In this document: positions 29,846 to 38,258 of the stretch, one piece after another | Layout: every line of letters begins with the position of its first letter | Numbering within the stretch: position 1 is the first letter of the stretch | From: a bacterium | Lineage (GTDB): Bacteria > Hinthialibacterota > Hinthialibacteria > Hinthialibacterales > Hinthialibacteraceae | DNA: 64,000 nt | Assembly: GCA_963663405.2 (NCBI GenBank) | Contig: CAXXSM010000140.1 | Coordinates: 9,554-73,553 of the forward strand | Direction: 5' to 3' | Notes under the pieces: model-generated | The model's database searches: none | What the model was told of the DNA's origin: nothing | Seen by the model: only the letters and a program-made list of their open reading frames with translations | Program-made: the position numbers and the translations under genes

Positions 29846-32758
29846 TCATTGTATGATTATTTCACCTAGATTTCGTTCTTCTCCAGGCTGACCGGGTAAA
29901 ATCATGATGTCCATCGTTATCCACTCGTCATTCTCATACCCTCGAACAATACCAAGAATTCCACCTGAAACAGGCACATTCGCAATTTTAAAATTTCCTT
30001 GTTCATCCGTATACGTTTGAGGATAGGAATTCGTTAAATAGTCATTCGGAGTCAACTTTTGATCCCACATATCCTGCAAATCCGAGTTGAGTTGCGGCCG
30101 GAAGAGAACGCGGGTTTTTGAAACCGCTTGCCCCGCCGCATCGAGCGCTCTTCCGGATAGGGAAAATGTTTCTTCTTTCAAAATGATGGTGACGTTTTGC
30201 CTTGATTCGTCTTTATTTAGGTGAATTACTTCAGAAAATGCTGGAGCCATATTCTCAGCGCGCGCCATAACCACAAATGGACTGTTGGCTACTGGAATTT
30301 CATTAAACACATATACTCCATCCGGATTCGATACGGACCGCCAATCGAAGTATTTCTCTCGAAGGCTCCATGGAATTAATTCAGTTCCAGTTGGAGTCAG
30401 TTTGATTTCGTAATTCTGAATGGGTTGATCCTGCTCATCCAATACAATCCCGGCGATGCTTCCATAATCTTCCTCTCGTTTTTGCAAAATGATCTGAATA
30501 TTTTTCGCCCAGCGTTCATTGATGGTTACACTTGCGCTTTCATATGTTTCATTGGAATTTACGCGCACAATAAATTGAGTGATATCAGATGGAACCGGGC
30601 GGCTTGCTTCCACTTTGAAACGGCCTTCACGATTGGAGATCGTGTGCCCAACAAACCACTCAGGTGATTCGGAATGAACATCCAACATGATTCTGCTGAC
30701 AGGCTCACCATCTTCATTCATTACCACTCCTTCAAAAGATTCATCACCTTCTTCCAACACAAAATTGATATTGTCCAGTTCCTGATTTTCTTCGAGTACA
30801 ATCGGTTGTTCCAATTTTTTGGATTGGTAGCCTCCTTTGTGGGCCCATACTTCATATTCCCCCGGTTTGATGTACGCTTCGTAGGCGCCGTCGGAATTTG
30901 TATAAAACTCTCCCCACTTTTCTTCACTTTTTAAGTTGATCGCTACTGCTCTCAGCGGCTCTCCATCTGTATCCGTGACCAAACCCCGCACGACGGCTTT
31001 GGATTCGTAGACTAAGTCGATACCACTTAGTTCTTCGCCTGGTTTGGGTTTGATTTGCTTTCCTTTTCCATCAAGGGCTTTTCGATATGTGTTGTGATCG
31101 GTGTTGATATAGAGTTTGAAACTAGAAGAAAACACGTGTTGATTACCCTGAAAGCGATATGTTCCATCAGAGCCGGTAATCGTGGCGTAATCCCCATCAT
31201 TTTCACCTTCTCCAAAAGCGATATATTGGATGAATCCATAATCCTCTCCCGTTTGTCCATCATCTTCGTATTCAGCGCGCAACCGGATTCTCGCATCGGA
31301 CAAAGGTGTTCCATTATTGAGGGTGACTTTCCCCGATACGGCCCAGGAACGCTGGAGGCCGATTTCCACTCCTTCGATATCGGATTCTTCCCGCATCATA
31401 ATCGTTGGCGTTTTACGTCCAAAATCAAAATGTGAAGTGAATGGACGATATACGTATTCCCGCTGGGGGGGGACGCCGATGGTATAGGAGCCTCCAGGCA
31501 ATCCTTCGAATTGGAAGGCTCCATCGGATTCGGCGCTCGTTTTCGCGTCTGGCTTTACTTCATATTTTCCATTCTTTAAATTACACACTCGTTTCAAAGT
31601 ATTTATACGCTCTTCCAGAAACGCATACACTTCCACACCGCTGACACCTTCACCAGACTGTTCGTCAAACACCCGGCCGGATACGTTGTATTCACGTTTG
31701 TTAAGCGTGAGGGTAACCTTTTCTTCACTCGATTTGATCTCGACCGTTTTTTTATTTTCAGTCTCATCCTTGAACCAAACATGCTCAGCGAAGATCTCAT
31801 ACAGGCCAGGAGGAATCGATTCAAAAAGCGTCTGACCGGTGGATTCGCTTGTTTCCTGAATCAATCGGAACCCCGAATCTTGAGCGAGTTGCATGGTGAC
31901 TTTGGCGTGATAGACCGGCAAAGAGTTTTGATCGAGCACCGATACACGCACTTGACTATGTGTGCTTAACGTAAGCGTCACTGTAGTTGATTGAATGGCC
32001 GCTGAGAGCGTTTTTTGTAAAGGCAAATACGATGGCGCGGATACGGAAACAATATACTCGCCCAAAACCAGTGGATTAAATGAGAACAAGCCATTGGAAT
32101 CTGTTTTCTGCGCTAAGGGAGTAGATTGAGGAAGATCAAATTCATCATTCACTGGATTGAGTCTGATCTCCGCTCCACTGACCGGTTCAGAGAAAGCATT
32201 GATCACATAGCCTGCAAGAATTGCGCGCCGCGCCGCGATAATATCGATGCGTTCGGTATCCGCTTCGATCGTTTTCACAAACCGGGAATTATTGAAAAGG
32301 CTTGGATGGTATACATCGATTACCGCTTCCCCCACAGACAATTCTTTCAGTATTGTTTGTCCTTGATCGTTTAACTGAAATGATTGAGATTCATTGTTAT
32401 TGAGGATGGTTCCACTCGCATTAGCTATTGGATGGCCCGCCGTATCACTCACAGTCAGAGTGATTACGATGGTAGAAACGGGTGGTTCGACAATCTCTTC
32501 TTGCGAATCAGTAGCCTTTTTTATAAGCGCAGGGGTAATTAATAATTTTGGTGATTCCCTATCCGTGACACGAATGGTTTGCCCTGCGGATACACTCAGT
32601 CTTGAATCATCATCATTGGTTTGGTAATCCACTTGACCGGAAAACACTTCTATTTCCAATCCATTTGTAGGAACTTTCGTTTTCGTTCCCAAAAAAACAG
32701 CAAGAAAAACGGCGCAAACAATGAAAAATACGAGGATGACTAAATAGTAGGTACGCAT
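29846..32758 (-). CDS. Membrane-anchored protein with tandem carboxypeptidase-regulatory-like (prealbumin/Cna-B) domains
   Basis: N-terminal TM; about 8 repeats of the type xSGxVxDxxGxPxxxAxV...TDxxGxFxxxxLxxGxY. Confidence 0.85.
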   Translation of the reverse strand: MRTYYLVILVFFIVCAVFLAVFLGTKTKVPTNGLEIEVFSGQVDYQTNDDDSRLSVSAGQTIRVTDRESPKLLITPALIKKATDSQEEIVEPPVSTIVITLTVSDTAGHPIANASGTILNNNESQSFQLNDQGQTILKELSVGEAVIDVYHPSLFNNSRFVKTIEADTERIDIIAARRAILAGYVINAFSEPVSGAEIRLNPVNDEFDLPQSTPLAQKTDSNGLFSFNPLVLGEYIVSVSAPSYLPLQKTLSAAIQSTTVTLTLSTHSQVRVSVLDQNSLPVYHAKVTMQLAQDSGFRLIQETSESTGQTLFESIPPGLYEIFAEHVWFKDETENKKTVEIKSSEEKVTLTLNKREYNVSGRVFDEQSGEGVSGVEVYAFLEERINTLKRVCNLKNGKYEVKPDAKTSAESDGAFQFEGLPGGSYTIGVPPQREYVYRPFTSHFDFGRKTPTIMMREESDIEGVEIGLQRSWAVSGKVTLNNGTPLSDARIRLRAEYEDDGQTGEDYGFIQYIAFGEGENDGDYATITGSDGTYRFQGNQHVFSSSFKLYINTDHNTYRKALDGKGKQIKPKPGEELSGIDLVYESKAVVRGLVTDTDGEPLRAVAINLKSEEKWGEFYTNSDGAYEAYIKPGEYEVWAHKGGYQSKKLEQPIVLEENQELDNINFVLEEGDESFEGVVMNEDGEPVSRIMLDVHSESPEWFVGHTISNREGRFKVEASRPVPSDITQFIVRVNSNETYESASVTINERWAKNIQIILQKREEDYGSIAGIVLDEQDQPIQNYEIKLTPTGTELIPWSLREKYFDWRSVSNPDGVYVFNEIPVANSPFVVMARAENMAPAFSEVIHLNKDESRQNVTIILKEETFSLSGRALDAAGQAVSKTRVLFRPQLNSDLQDMWDQKLTPNDYLTNSYPQTYTDEQGNFKIANVPVSGGILGIVRGYENDEWITMDIMILPGQPGEERNLGEIIIQ

Positions 32759-32886
32759 AATAGGAGCCTTATATTAAGAATAATTTAAGTTTGGAACATC
32801 TAAATCAGTATGGGTAGCAAAGGCAAGGTTTTTCATCTGCCTTTGCCTTATTTCAGATAACATTTGAGAAAGCACATTCCTCTATC

Positions 32887-32963
32887 CCCAGGATTAAAAT
32901 CCTGGGCTATTTTCTTATGTCCCGGAGGGACATTGGATACTAGCCCAGACTTTTAAGTCTGTG
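32887..32963. repeat. REP/REPIN-like element: two inverted palindromic arms flanking a central hairpin
   Basis: Left arm CCCAGGATTAAAATCCTGGGCTA (32887-32909), central ATGTCCC-GGA-GGGACAT (32917-32933), right arm TAGCCCAGACTTTTAAGTCTGTG (32941-32963), an imperfect inverted copy of the left arm. Confidence 0.65.
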
Positions 32964-33041
32964 TGAACATGGATACGCAATCTTCCATGAAAGAGAACAA
33001 TTATTACTTTACGTACTCACTAATGGATGAATCATATTTTT

Positions 33042-33704
33042 TTATTCTTCGAGAATCCGAACTCTGAATTCTGTCCCAACGACCTTCACGCGGCCGTGTG
33101 GAGTTTCGATTACCATGGGATTATTGGGATTGGATTGGGCTTGGACATAGATCTCGCCGCAATACATATGAAAGGAACGGGTGTCGGCTGGAATAAACGC
33201 CAGTTGGGTTCCCGGCTTACAAACGATTTGTGTATCGTCTTTAAGCGTAACTTGAAGGGACGTATGACTTGGAGCCTGAACCGTGAATCCATGCCGCGTT
33301 TTCCAATCGTTCCACCAACTCAGAGAAATGGAATTCTCTTCAGATTGACAGCGAATGGATTGAAGATTCGGATTTTCCGGCAAAAGGAAAAATCCACCGC
33401 CAATGATCGCAACGCATAAGAGAAGACAAAGGCCACGGATCGCAAATGGATGGAACACAACGCTTTCCCATTGTATACCTTGCCATTGAAACCATTTTCC
33501 TTTTCCGCAACGCAGTTCACTTCGCAATTTCCGCATCAATTGTTCTTCATCAGCTTTTGGAACGGGCATGGTATGCAGGAGATCCCGGAGTTCGCTATAC
33601 GATTGAAAAAGGCGTTTTTCATCTTCATTCGCGAAATCCTTATCACCTTTTTCGAATCGTTCCGCATATGAAAATTCTTGTTCTTCAGGAATCTCGTTTC
33701 TCAT
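33042..33704 (-). CDS. FecR-type anti-sigma factor (FecR domain truncated just after GTEF)
   Basis: 4-bp overlap with the ECF sigma gene; single TM; TLKDDTQI, GEIYVQA, VIETPHGRVKVVGTEFRV. Confidence 0.82.
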   Translation of the reverse strand: MRNEIPEEQEFSYAERFEKGDKDFANEDEKRLFQSYSELRDLLHTMPVPKADEEQLMRKLRSELRCGKGKWFQWQGIQWESVVFHPFAIRGLCLLLCVAIIGGGFFLLPENPNLQSIRCQSEENSISLSWWNDWKTRHGFTVQAPSHTSLQVTLKDDTQIVCKPGTQLAFIPADTRSFHMYCGEIYVQAQSNPNNPMVIETPHGRVKVVGTEFRVRILEE

Positions 33705-34264
33705 AATTCACCTCGATACTTTTCCAATCGCTGGCGTAATTTTCTTCTGGCCCGGTGGAGTTGCGTTTTGACTTGACTGAGTGGGATTTGGAGCGCATCC
33801 GCTATTTCTTTATAGGAATCACCCTTGAACTCAAATAAAACAAATATCAACCGTTGGTTTTCTGGAAGTGAATCCAACGCGTTTGCTAGAATGGTGTGTA
33901 TATCCCGTTCCCGCGCAACGCTGTAGGGGGATTCTGGAAGGTTCCAATCGTTGTTGATTTGAATTTGCTTCTGACTTTTTGCGCGAATCGTACGCTGTCT
34001 TACTCGATCGATACATAGATTCCTCGCGCAGGTAAGCAAAAAACTTTTGATAGAACCATTATGCAAGCCAAATTGACCACTTTTTATCCGCTGGATCAAT
34101 TTCAGAAATGTTTCTTGTAACACATCCTCCGCTTCATCATGATTGCCGAGAATCAAATACGCGAGACGAAACACATCGTCAGAGTGCCACTGAACCACTT
34201 GTTCAAAAGCGGAGACTTCCAGTTTTTGCAAACGTTCTATGAAATCAACCGAATCGGATTTCAT
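33701..34264 (-). CDS. ECF sigma-70 factor
   Basis: DEAEDVLQETF, ARNLCID, LPENQRLIFVL, SYKEIADAL, VKTQLHRARRKLR. Confidence 0.95.
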   Translation of the reverse strand: MKSDSVDFIERLQKLEVSAFEQVVQWHSDDVFRLAYLILGNHDEAEDVLQETFLKLIQRIKSGQFGLHNGSIKSFLLTCARNLCIDRVRQRTIRAKSQKQIQINNDWNLPESPYSVARERDIHTILANALDSLPENQRLIFVLFEFKGDSYKEIADALQIPLSQVKTQLHRARRKLRQRLEKYRGEL

Positions 34265-34374
34265 TCTTAACTAACCTTTCCTGCATAATACACGGATATA
34301 GCCTACTCAATGTTTCAGAAAAATGAAAAAAGATGGATGGGGGCGCTTAATTTCAGACGCTGATCGATATGAGG

Positions 34375-34397
34375 GCAGGGGCGAGGATTGCCCCTAC
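34375..34397 (-). repeat. GTAG-type REP-like hairpin
   Basis: Minus strand GTAGGGGC-AATCCTC-GCCCCTGC; single copy in the window. Confidence 0.45.
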
Positions 34398-34494
34398 GTG
34401 AAGAGTTGAAGATACAATTTGCCTTTTATCTGGAGTCTGATAGTTTTCCAGACCAATGGTTATCGAGTCTATTTCGTTTTTTTAGTATGCTCAT
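34398..34494 (-). pseudogene. Probable 5' remnant of a further integron cassette gene
   Basis: ATG about 14 bp after the R' box of the distal attC; removing one A from an A7 run gives MSILKNEIDSITIGLENYQTPDKRQIVSST, which runs into the REP hairpin. Confidence 0.35.
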
Positions 34495-34508
34495 TTCTTA
34501 CTTTGGGG

Positions 34509-34575
34509 TGCTAACGGTAAGTTCACCGATTAAGGCCGCGCAGCAGACTTAATCCGGTGAAACGTCTTGTTAGAC
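34509..34575 (-). mobile_element. Integron attC site (distal, intact-looking)
   Basis: Minus strand: R'' GTCTAAC, aagac, L'' GTTTCACC, central ggattaag...cttaatc arms, L' GGTGAAC, ttacc, R' GTTAGCA; 67 bp, with an extra base in L''. Confidence 0.85.
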
Positions 34576-34635
34576 CATACGTATTGCTCAGTTACGGCGC
34601 GCCGTTCCCCTGTTAACTGCAGCAAGTGGTTAAGC
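34574..34635 (-). mobile_element. Integron attC site (proximal, degenerate R')
   Basis: Starts immediately after the stop codon of 34636..35679: R'' GCTTAAC, cactt, L'' GCTGCAGT (extrahelical G), L' ACTGAGC, aatac, R' GTATGGT (GTT changed to GTA). Confidence 0.75.
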
Positions 34636-35679
34636 TTAGTTTTCGATATTTGCTTTTTTACTATTTTCCAGAACTGACTGATAGTCTGTAATTTCTTTGT
34701 AAAAATCTATGCTATTACCCATATCGACCTTTTCGCAAAAAAACAATCGTTCATAAGGTCCACCGTTATTGTTGAAATAGCAGTATATATGCGGATCGTA
34801 ATAGTACTCATCACCTTCCCAATTTACTGTTTCGATAGATTCGAATGGAATTTCTCCAACTAGAAGTGCGCTAATTTCTCTTTCTTCATTGTTTTTATAA
34901 TCCGTATATCTATAACCCCCTTCACATTCAGTTAAACCTACCCATCTTAATCCGACTTTTATGCCTCTGGTATATGTTTCAAGTATACCAATACGGAACC
35001 ATGATGAAATTCCGGTATCTTCATCATCTGTGTTAGGGTAACCATCCACCCTATCTATATCTCTGATTATGACATCTCCTCTAAGCTTCTCAGCTCGAAT
35101 TTTAAATTCTTTTCTTAGTTTTTCTCTGTGATGAACTAACTCAACATTTGAAGAAAATTTTGCTTCTGATGACTTAGTTTGGTTTAAGAAAGGATATAGT
35201 GCTGATTTTAAGGAAGCTACTAGAGATTTTCTGATGTTTGATTTATCCGTAAAGTTATTTGAAGAAAGTTCATACTGTATAGGCCAACGCTTGTGAGATA
35301 AATCAAAAGGCAAATTTCCCTCCGGTTTTCCAAATGCTGTGTTCATTACATTTATAATTCGATTGTCTCTTAATGCGTTCAAAGCATAGCCGAGTTCAAT
35401 CATGACATTGGGATTTGAAACAAGCTTTTTACTATCAACTGTCTTAGCGATAAATGTTATATCACCTATAAAAATATCACTTTTTTCTATTTTATTTAAT
35501 ATTGTAGATACAATATCAGGCGTACCCTGAACATTCTTTGTGTCGTGATCTAGTCTAAGAGGTTCTTCAATTTTTAATTCTTCGTTTAGTAGTTTTATTG
35601 CTCTTTCAAGGCACTCTTTTATGAAGTTTCGATTGTATTTCGCATCAATATCGCTTTGCCATGAATAGAAAATTATCAA
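34636..35679 (-). CDS. Integron cassette gene: TIR-like/nucleoside-deoxyribosyltransferase-like N-domain plus uncharacterised C-domain (candidate defence protein)
   Basis: IFYSWQSD...TILNKIEKSDIFIGDIT...NPNVMIELGYA...LPFDL; clearly more AT-rich than flanking genes; bounded by GTTAAGA upstream and an attC downstream. Confidence 0.75.
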   Translation of the reverse strand: MIIFYSWQSDIDAKYNRNFIKECLERAIKLLNEELKIEEPLRLDHDTKNVQGTPDIVSTILNKIEKSDIFIGDITFIAKTVDSKKLVSNPNVMIELGYALNALRDNRIINVMNTAFGKPEGNLPFDLSHKRWPIQYELSSNNFTDKSNIRKSLVASLKSALYPFLNQTKSSEAKFSSNVELVHHREKLRKEFKIRAEKLRGDVIIRDIDRVDGYPNTDDEDTGISSWFRIGILETYTRGIKVGLRWVGLTECEGGYRYTDYKNNEEREISALLVGEIPFESIETVNWEGDEYYYDPHIYCYFNNNGGPYERLFFCEKVDMGNSIDFYKEITDYQSVLENSKKANIEN

Positions 35680-35705
35680 TTTACACCTCTTCTTACTAAT
35701 TTAAT

Positions 35706-35724
35706 TCTTAACAAGATGTTCAGT
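35706..35724 (-). mobile_element. attI-like recombination site (5' cassette boundary)
   Basis: Minus strand ACTGAAC-atctt-G/TTAAGA; TTAAG is complementary to the cassette's own R'' (GCTTAAC), as expected for an integrated circular cassette. Confidence 0.55.
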
Positions 35725-35733
35725 AGTTACTGT

Positions 35734-35762
35734 AGTTTATACAGCATTTTCTTGACAGTCAA
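35734..35762 (-). promoter_or_regulatory. Pc-like sigma70 promoter facing the cassette; -35 lies in the perfect palindrome TTTCTTGAC-A-GTCAAGAAA
   Basis: Minus strand TTGACT (35762-35757), 17 bp, TAAACT (35739-35734). Confidence 0.55.
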
Positions 35763-36018
35763 GAAAGAATCGCATTAATTTAGCCTGTATTCTAATTATT
35801 GTTAATGATTGATGCATTATAGATTGTCGAGAGTAGTTTGTGAATGAATAGCAATAACAATCGACTCATTCGTTTTAGAGGATAAGCAGTGAATATAATG
35901 TAGTCGCTACCCGTCGCGGAAGAGACACATGTTTCCCGTTGCACCGTATTCTTCTGTTAGAAGAAAACATAACGATATGGGAGAGTAGGTGAGGGAATTT
36001 TGTTTCAGCGGCGTTTCT

Positions 36019-37329
36019 TTACTTCTCTTCATTATTTCTATTGAAGGGGCGGTTGAAGAAGTTCTGCCCTGTAATCAATCGCGCGCCGCAGTTGCGGGTG
36101 AAGTAATGCCAGGCCCATTGGATGAATACGAGAACGCGGTTTTCAAATTCTACGATGTACATCAGATGGACGAAAAGCCATAGAATCCAGGCGAAGAATC
36201 CACTGAATCGCAATCGTTCTCCCAGATTGGCGACGGCTGCGGAACGGCCGATGACCGCCAGAGAGCCCCTATTGAAATATTTGAATGGCTCGATTTTTTG
36301 ACCTCGCAACCGTTTTTTGATACATTTCGCCAGGTATCTCCCCTGCTGCATAGCGACAGGCGCGACACCGGGTAATGGTTTCTCACCCGGATGATTGAAA
36401 TGGGCGAGGTCACCGATGGCGTAAATATCAGGATATTTAGTCACACTCAGATCTGGATTGACGATAATTTTTCCCATCTTATCGAGATCCGCGCCTGTCC
36501 GGTTGCCCGCTAACCGCCCAAAGCCTGTCGTCTGCACACCTGCGGCCCATAGAACGGTTTGTGTTTTGATGATTTCAGGTTTATCGTCCGACTGAATGCG
36601 TACCAATCGTGGTTCAATATCGGTCACGCTGGTGTTTCTCCGGACTGAGATCCCAAGCCGTTTAAGGGACCGTTCCGCTTTTCGGGAAAGGAGTGGGGGA
36701 AACGCATTGAGTATTTTCTTGTTTCGTTCCAATAGAATTATACGGGCGTTGGAAGGATCGATATTGCGAAAGTCATGTCTAAGGGTGTGGTTGGCGAGTT
36801 CCGCAAGCGCTCCCGCTAATTCTACGCCGGTCGGTCCACCGCCGACAACGACAAAGGTAAGCAGTTCCCGCTGCATTTCAGGGCTGTCTACTCGTTCCGC
36901 TTTTTCGAAGGATGAAAGGATGCGGCTGCGGATCTGGGTCGCGTCTTCAATTGATTTTAATCCCGGCGCGTTTAGAGTCCATAGATCGGCTCCAAAATAG
37001 CAATGGCGGACTCCTGTGGATAGAATGAGAATGTCGTAGGACAGTTCTCCTTCTTTTAAAATCAGCCGTTTGCCGTTTGGATCAATATCGGCGGCTTCAT
37101 CCATGATAACCGTTACGTTTTTCCGCCGTTTCAGTATGGATCGAAGGGGAGACGCGATATCGCCGGGTGAGAGTCCTCCAGTGGCGACTTGGTATAACAA
37201 AGGTTGGAAAAGGTGGTAGTTCCGGCGGTCGACTAGTGTGACTCGTATCGAATTGTCATTTAAATTCGAAGCGGCGCTTAGTCCTCCCGCTCCCCCGCCG
37301 ACAATGACAACATGTGTTTCCTTATCCAT
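36019..37329 (-). CDS. ndh: Type II NADH:quinone oxidoreductase
   Basis: GGGAGG, HLFQPLLYQVATG, VVVGGGPTGVELAG, WAAGV, AIGD, APVAMQQG, WLFVHL. Confidence 0.94.
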   Translation of the reverse strand: MDKETHVVIVGGGAGGLSAASNLNDNSIRVTLVDRRNYHLFQPLLYQVATGGLSPGDIASPLRSILKRRKNVTVIMDEAADIDPNGKRLILKEGELSYDILILSTGVRHCYFGADLWTLNAPGLKSIEDATQIRSRILSSFEKAERVDSPEMQRELLTFVVVGGGPTGVELAGALAELANHTLRHDFRNIDPSNARIILLERNKKILNAFPPLLSRKAERSLKRLGISVRRNTSVTDIEPRLVRIQSDDKPEIIKTQTVLWAAGVQTTGFGRLAGNRTGADLDKMGKIIVNPDLSVTKYPDIYAIGDLAHFNHPGEKPLPGVAPVAMQQGRYLAKCIKKRLRGQKIEPFKYFNRGSLAVIGRSAAVANLGERLRFSGFFAWILWLFVHLMYIVEFENRVLVFIQWAWHYFTRNCGARLITGQNFFNRPFNRNNEEK

Positions 37330-37389
37330 AGTATGCGCTTCAATTGACCGCTGTACAGTTCATGCGCGCCGATACGAAATCGGATGAAC

Positions 37390-38241
37390 TCATAAATACC
37401 GGTTCATAATATCCGACAAACGTTTTTTATTCAGATCCTGCTTAACTAATGGCCCCTCACGCAGAAACGGATATTGTTCGTCGAATGTTGGACGATCGCA
37501 CTTATAAATTATACCAATGGGAATCCGTTCTTCCCATTCTTTGGCTTCCTTCATAGCCGCCTCCCAATCTGTTGGATCGTAGTCCGGGGGCAATTCTTGA
37601 CATCGTTTTTTGTACCACGCGAATGTATTGAGTCGGTTGAATGAGACGCAAGGGTGAAGGATTTCAAGGAACGAGAGTCCTTTGTGGGCGATCGCCTTTT
37701 GGATCATATCCGACAGATGATCTTGGGTTCCAGAAAAACTGCGGGCGACAAAACTCGTGCGAAGCGCGATGGCGGTGGCAATGGCGTTAAAGGGTTCGGA
37801 AAAAACCCCAGTGGGCTGATATTTCGTTTTTAGCCCTCTGGCCGAGGTTGGACTCGCCTGTCCTTTGGTCAATCCATAAATCTGGTTGTTATGAGCGAGC
37901 AGAGTTAGATTGACATTCCGGCGCAGAGCGGCGAGGAAGTGATTGCCTCCTTCCCCGTAAATACAGCCATCGCCACTTTCCACAATCACATTCAGTTCCG
38001 GATTGACAAGTTTCGCGGCTGTGCCAATCGGCAATGCGCGCCCATGAAGGCCATTGAACACGTTCGCGTTCAAGTAATGCGGCATTTTCGCCGCCTGACC
38101 GATCCCTGAAACCATCAACAATTCAGATGGCTTGATATTACTGGCGGCCAGAGCGCTTTTCAAAGTTTTTAGAATGGGGAAGTTCCCACAGCCGGGGCAC
38201 CAGCTGGTTTCGTATGCGCCAAAATCTTCAATCGTTACCAT
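37390..38241 (-). CDS. korB: 2-oxoacid:ferredoxin oxidoreductase beta subunit
   Basis: WCPGCGNF, LHGRALP, GDG...NNQIYGLTKGQASPT (TPP-binding), PCVSFN. Confidence 0.93.
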   Translation of the reverse strand: MVTIEDFGAYETSWCPGCGNFPILKTLKSALAASNIKPSELLMVSGIGQAAKMPHYLNANVFNGLHGRALPIGTAAKLVNPELNVIVESGDGCIYGEGGNHFLAALRRNVNLTLLAHNNQIYGLTKGQASPTSARGLKTKYQPTGVFSEPFNAIATAIALRTSFVARSFSGTQDHLSDMIQKAIAHKGLSFLEILHPCVSFNRLNTFAWYKKRCQELPPDYDPTDWEAAMKEAKEWEERIPIGIIYKCDRPTFDEQYPFLREGPLVKQDLNKKRLSDIMNRYL

Positions 38242-38258
38242 GATGGTGATTTCCTTGT

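Noticed and set aside
35730-35744. LexA (SOS) box CTGT-N-ACAG beside the integron promoter
   Set aside because: The spacer is 7 bp (CTGT-AGTTTAT-ACAG), not the 8 bp of the proteobacterial box, and this host's LexA motif is unknown.
29610-36010. Genomic island integrated at tRNA-Gln
   Set aside because: No integrase next to the tRNA, and I found no duplicated tRNA 3' end downstream by eye.
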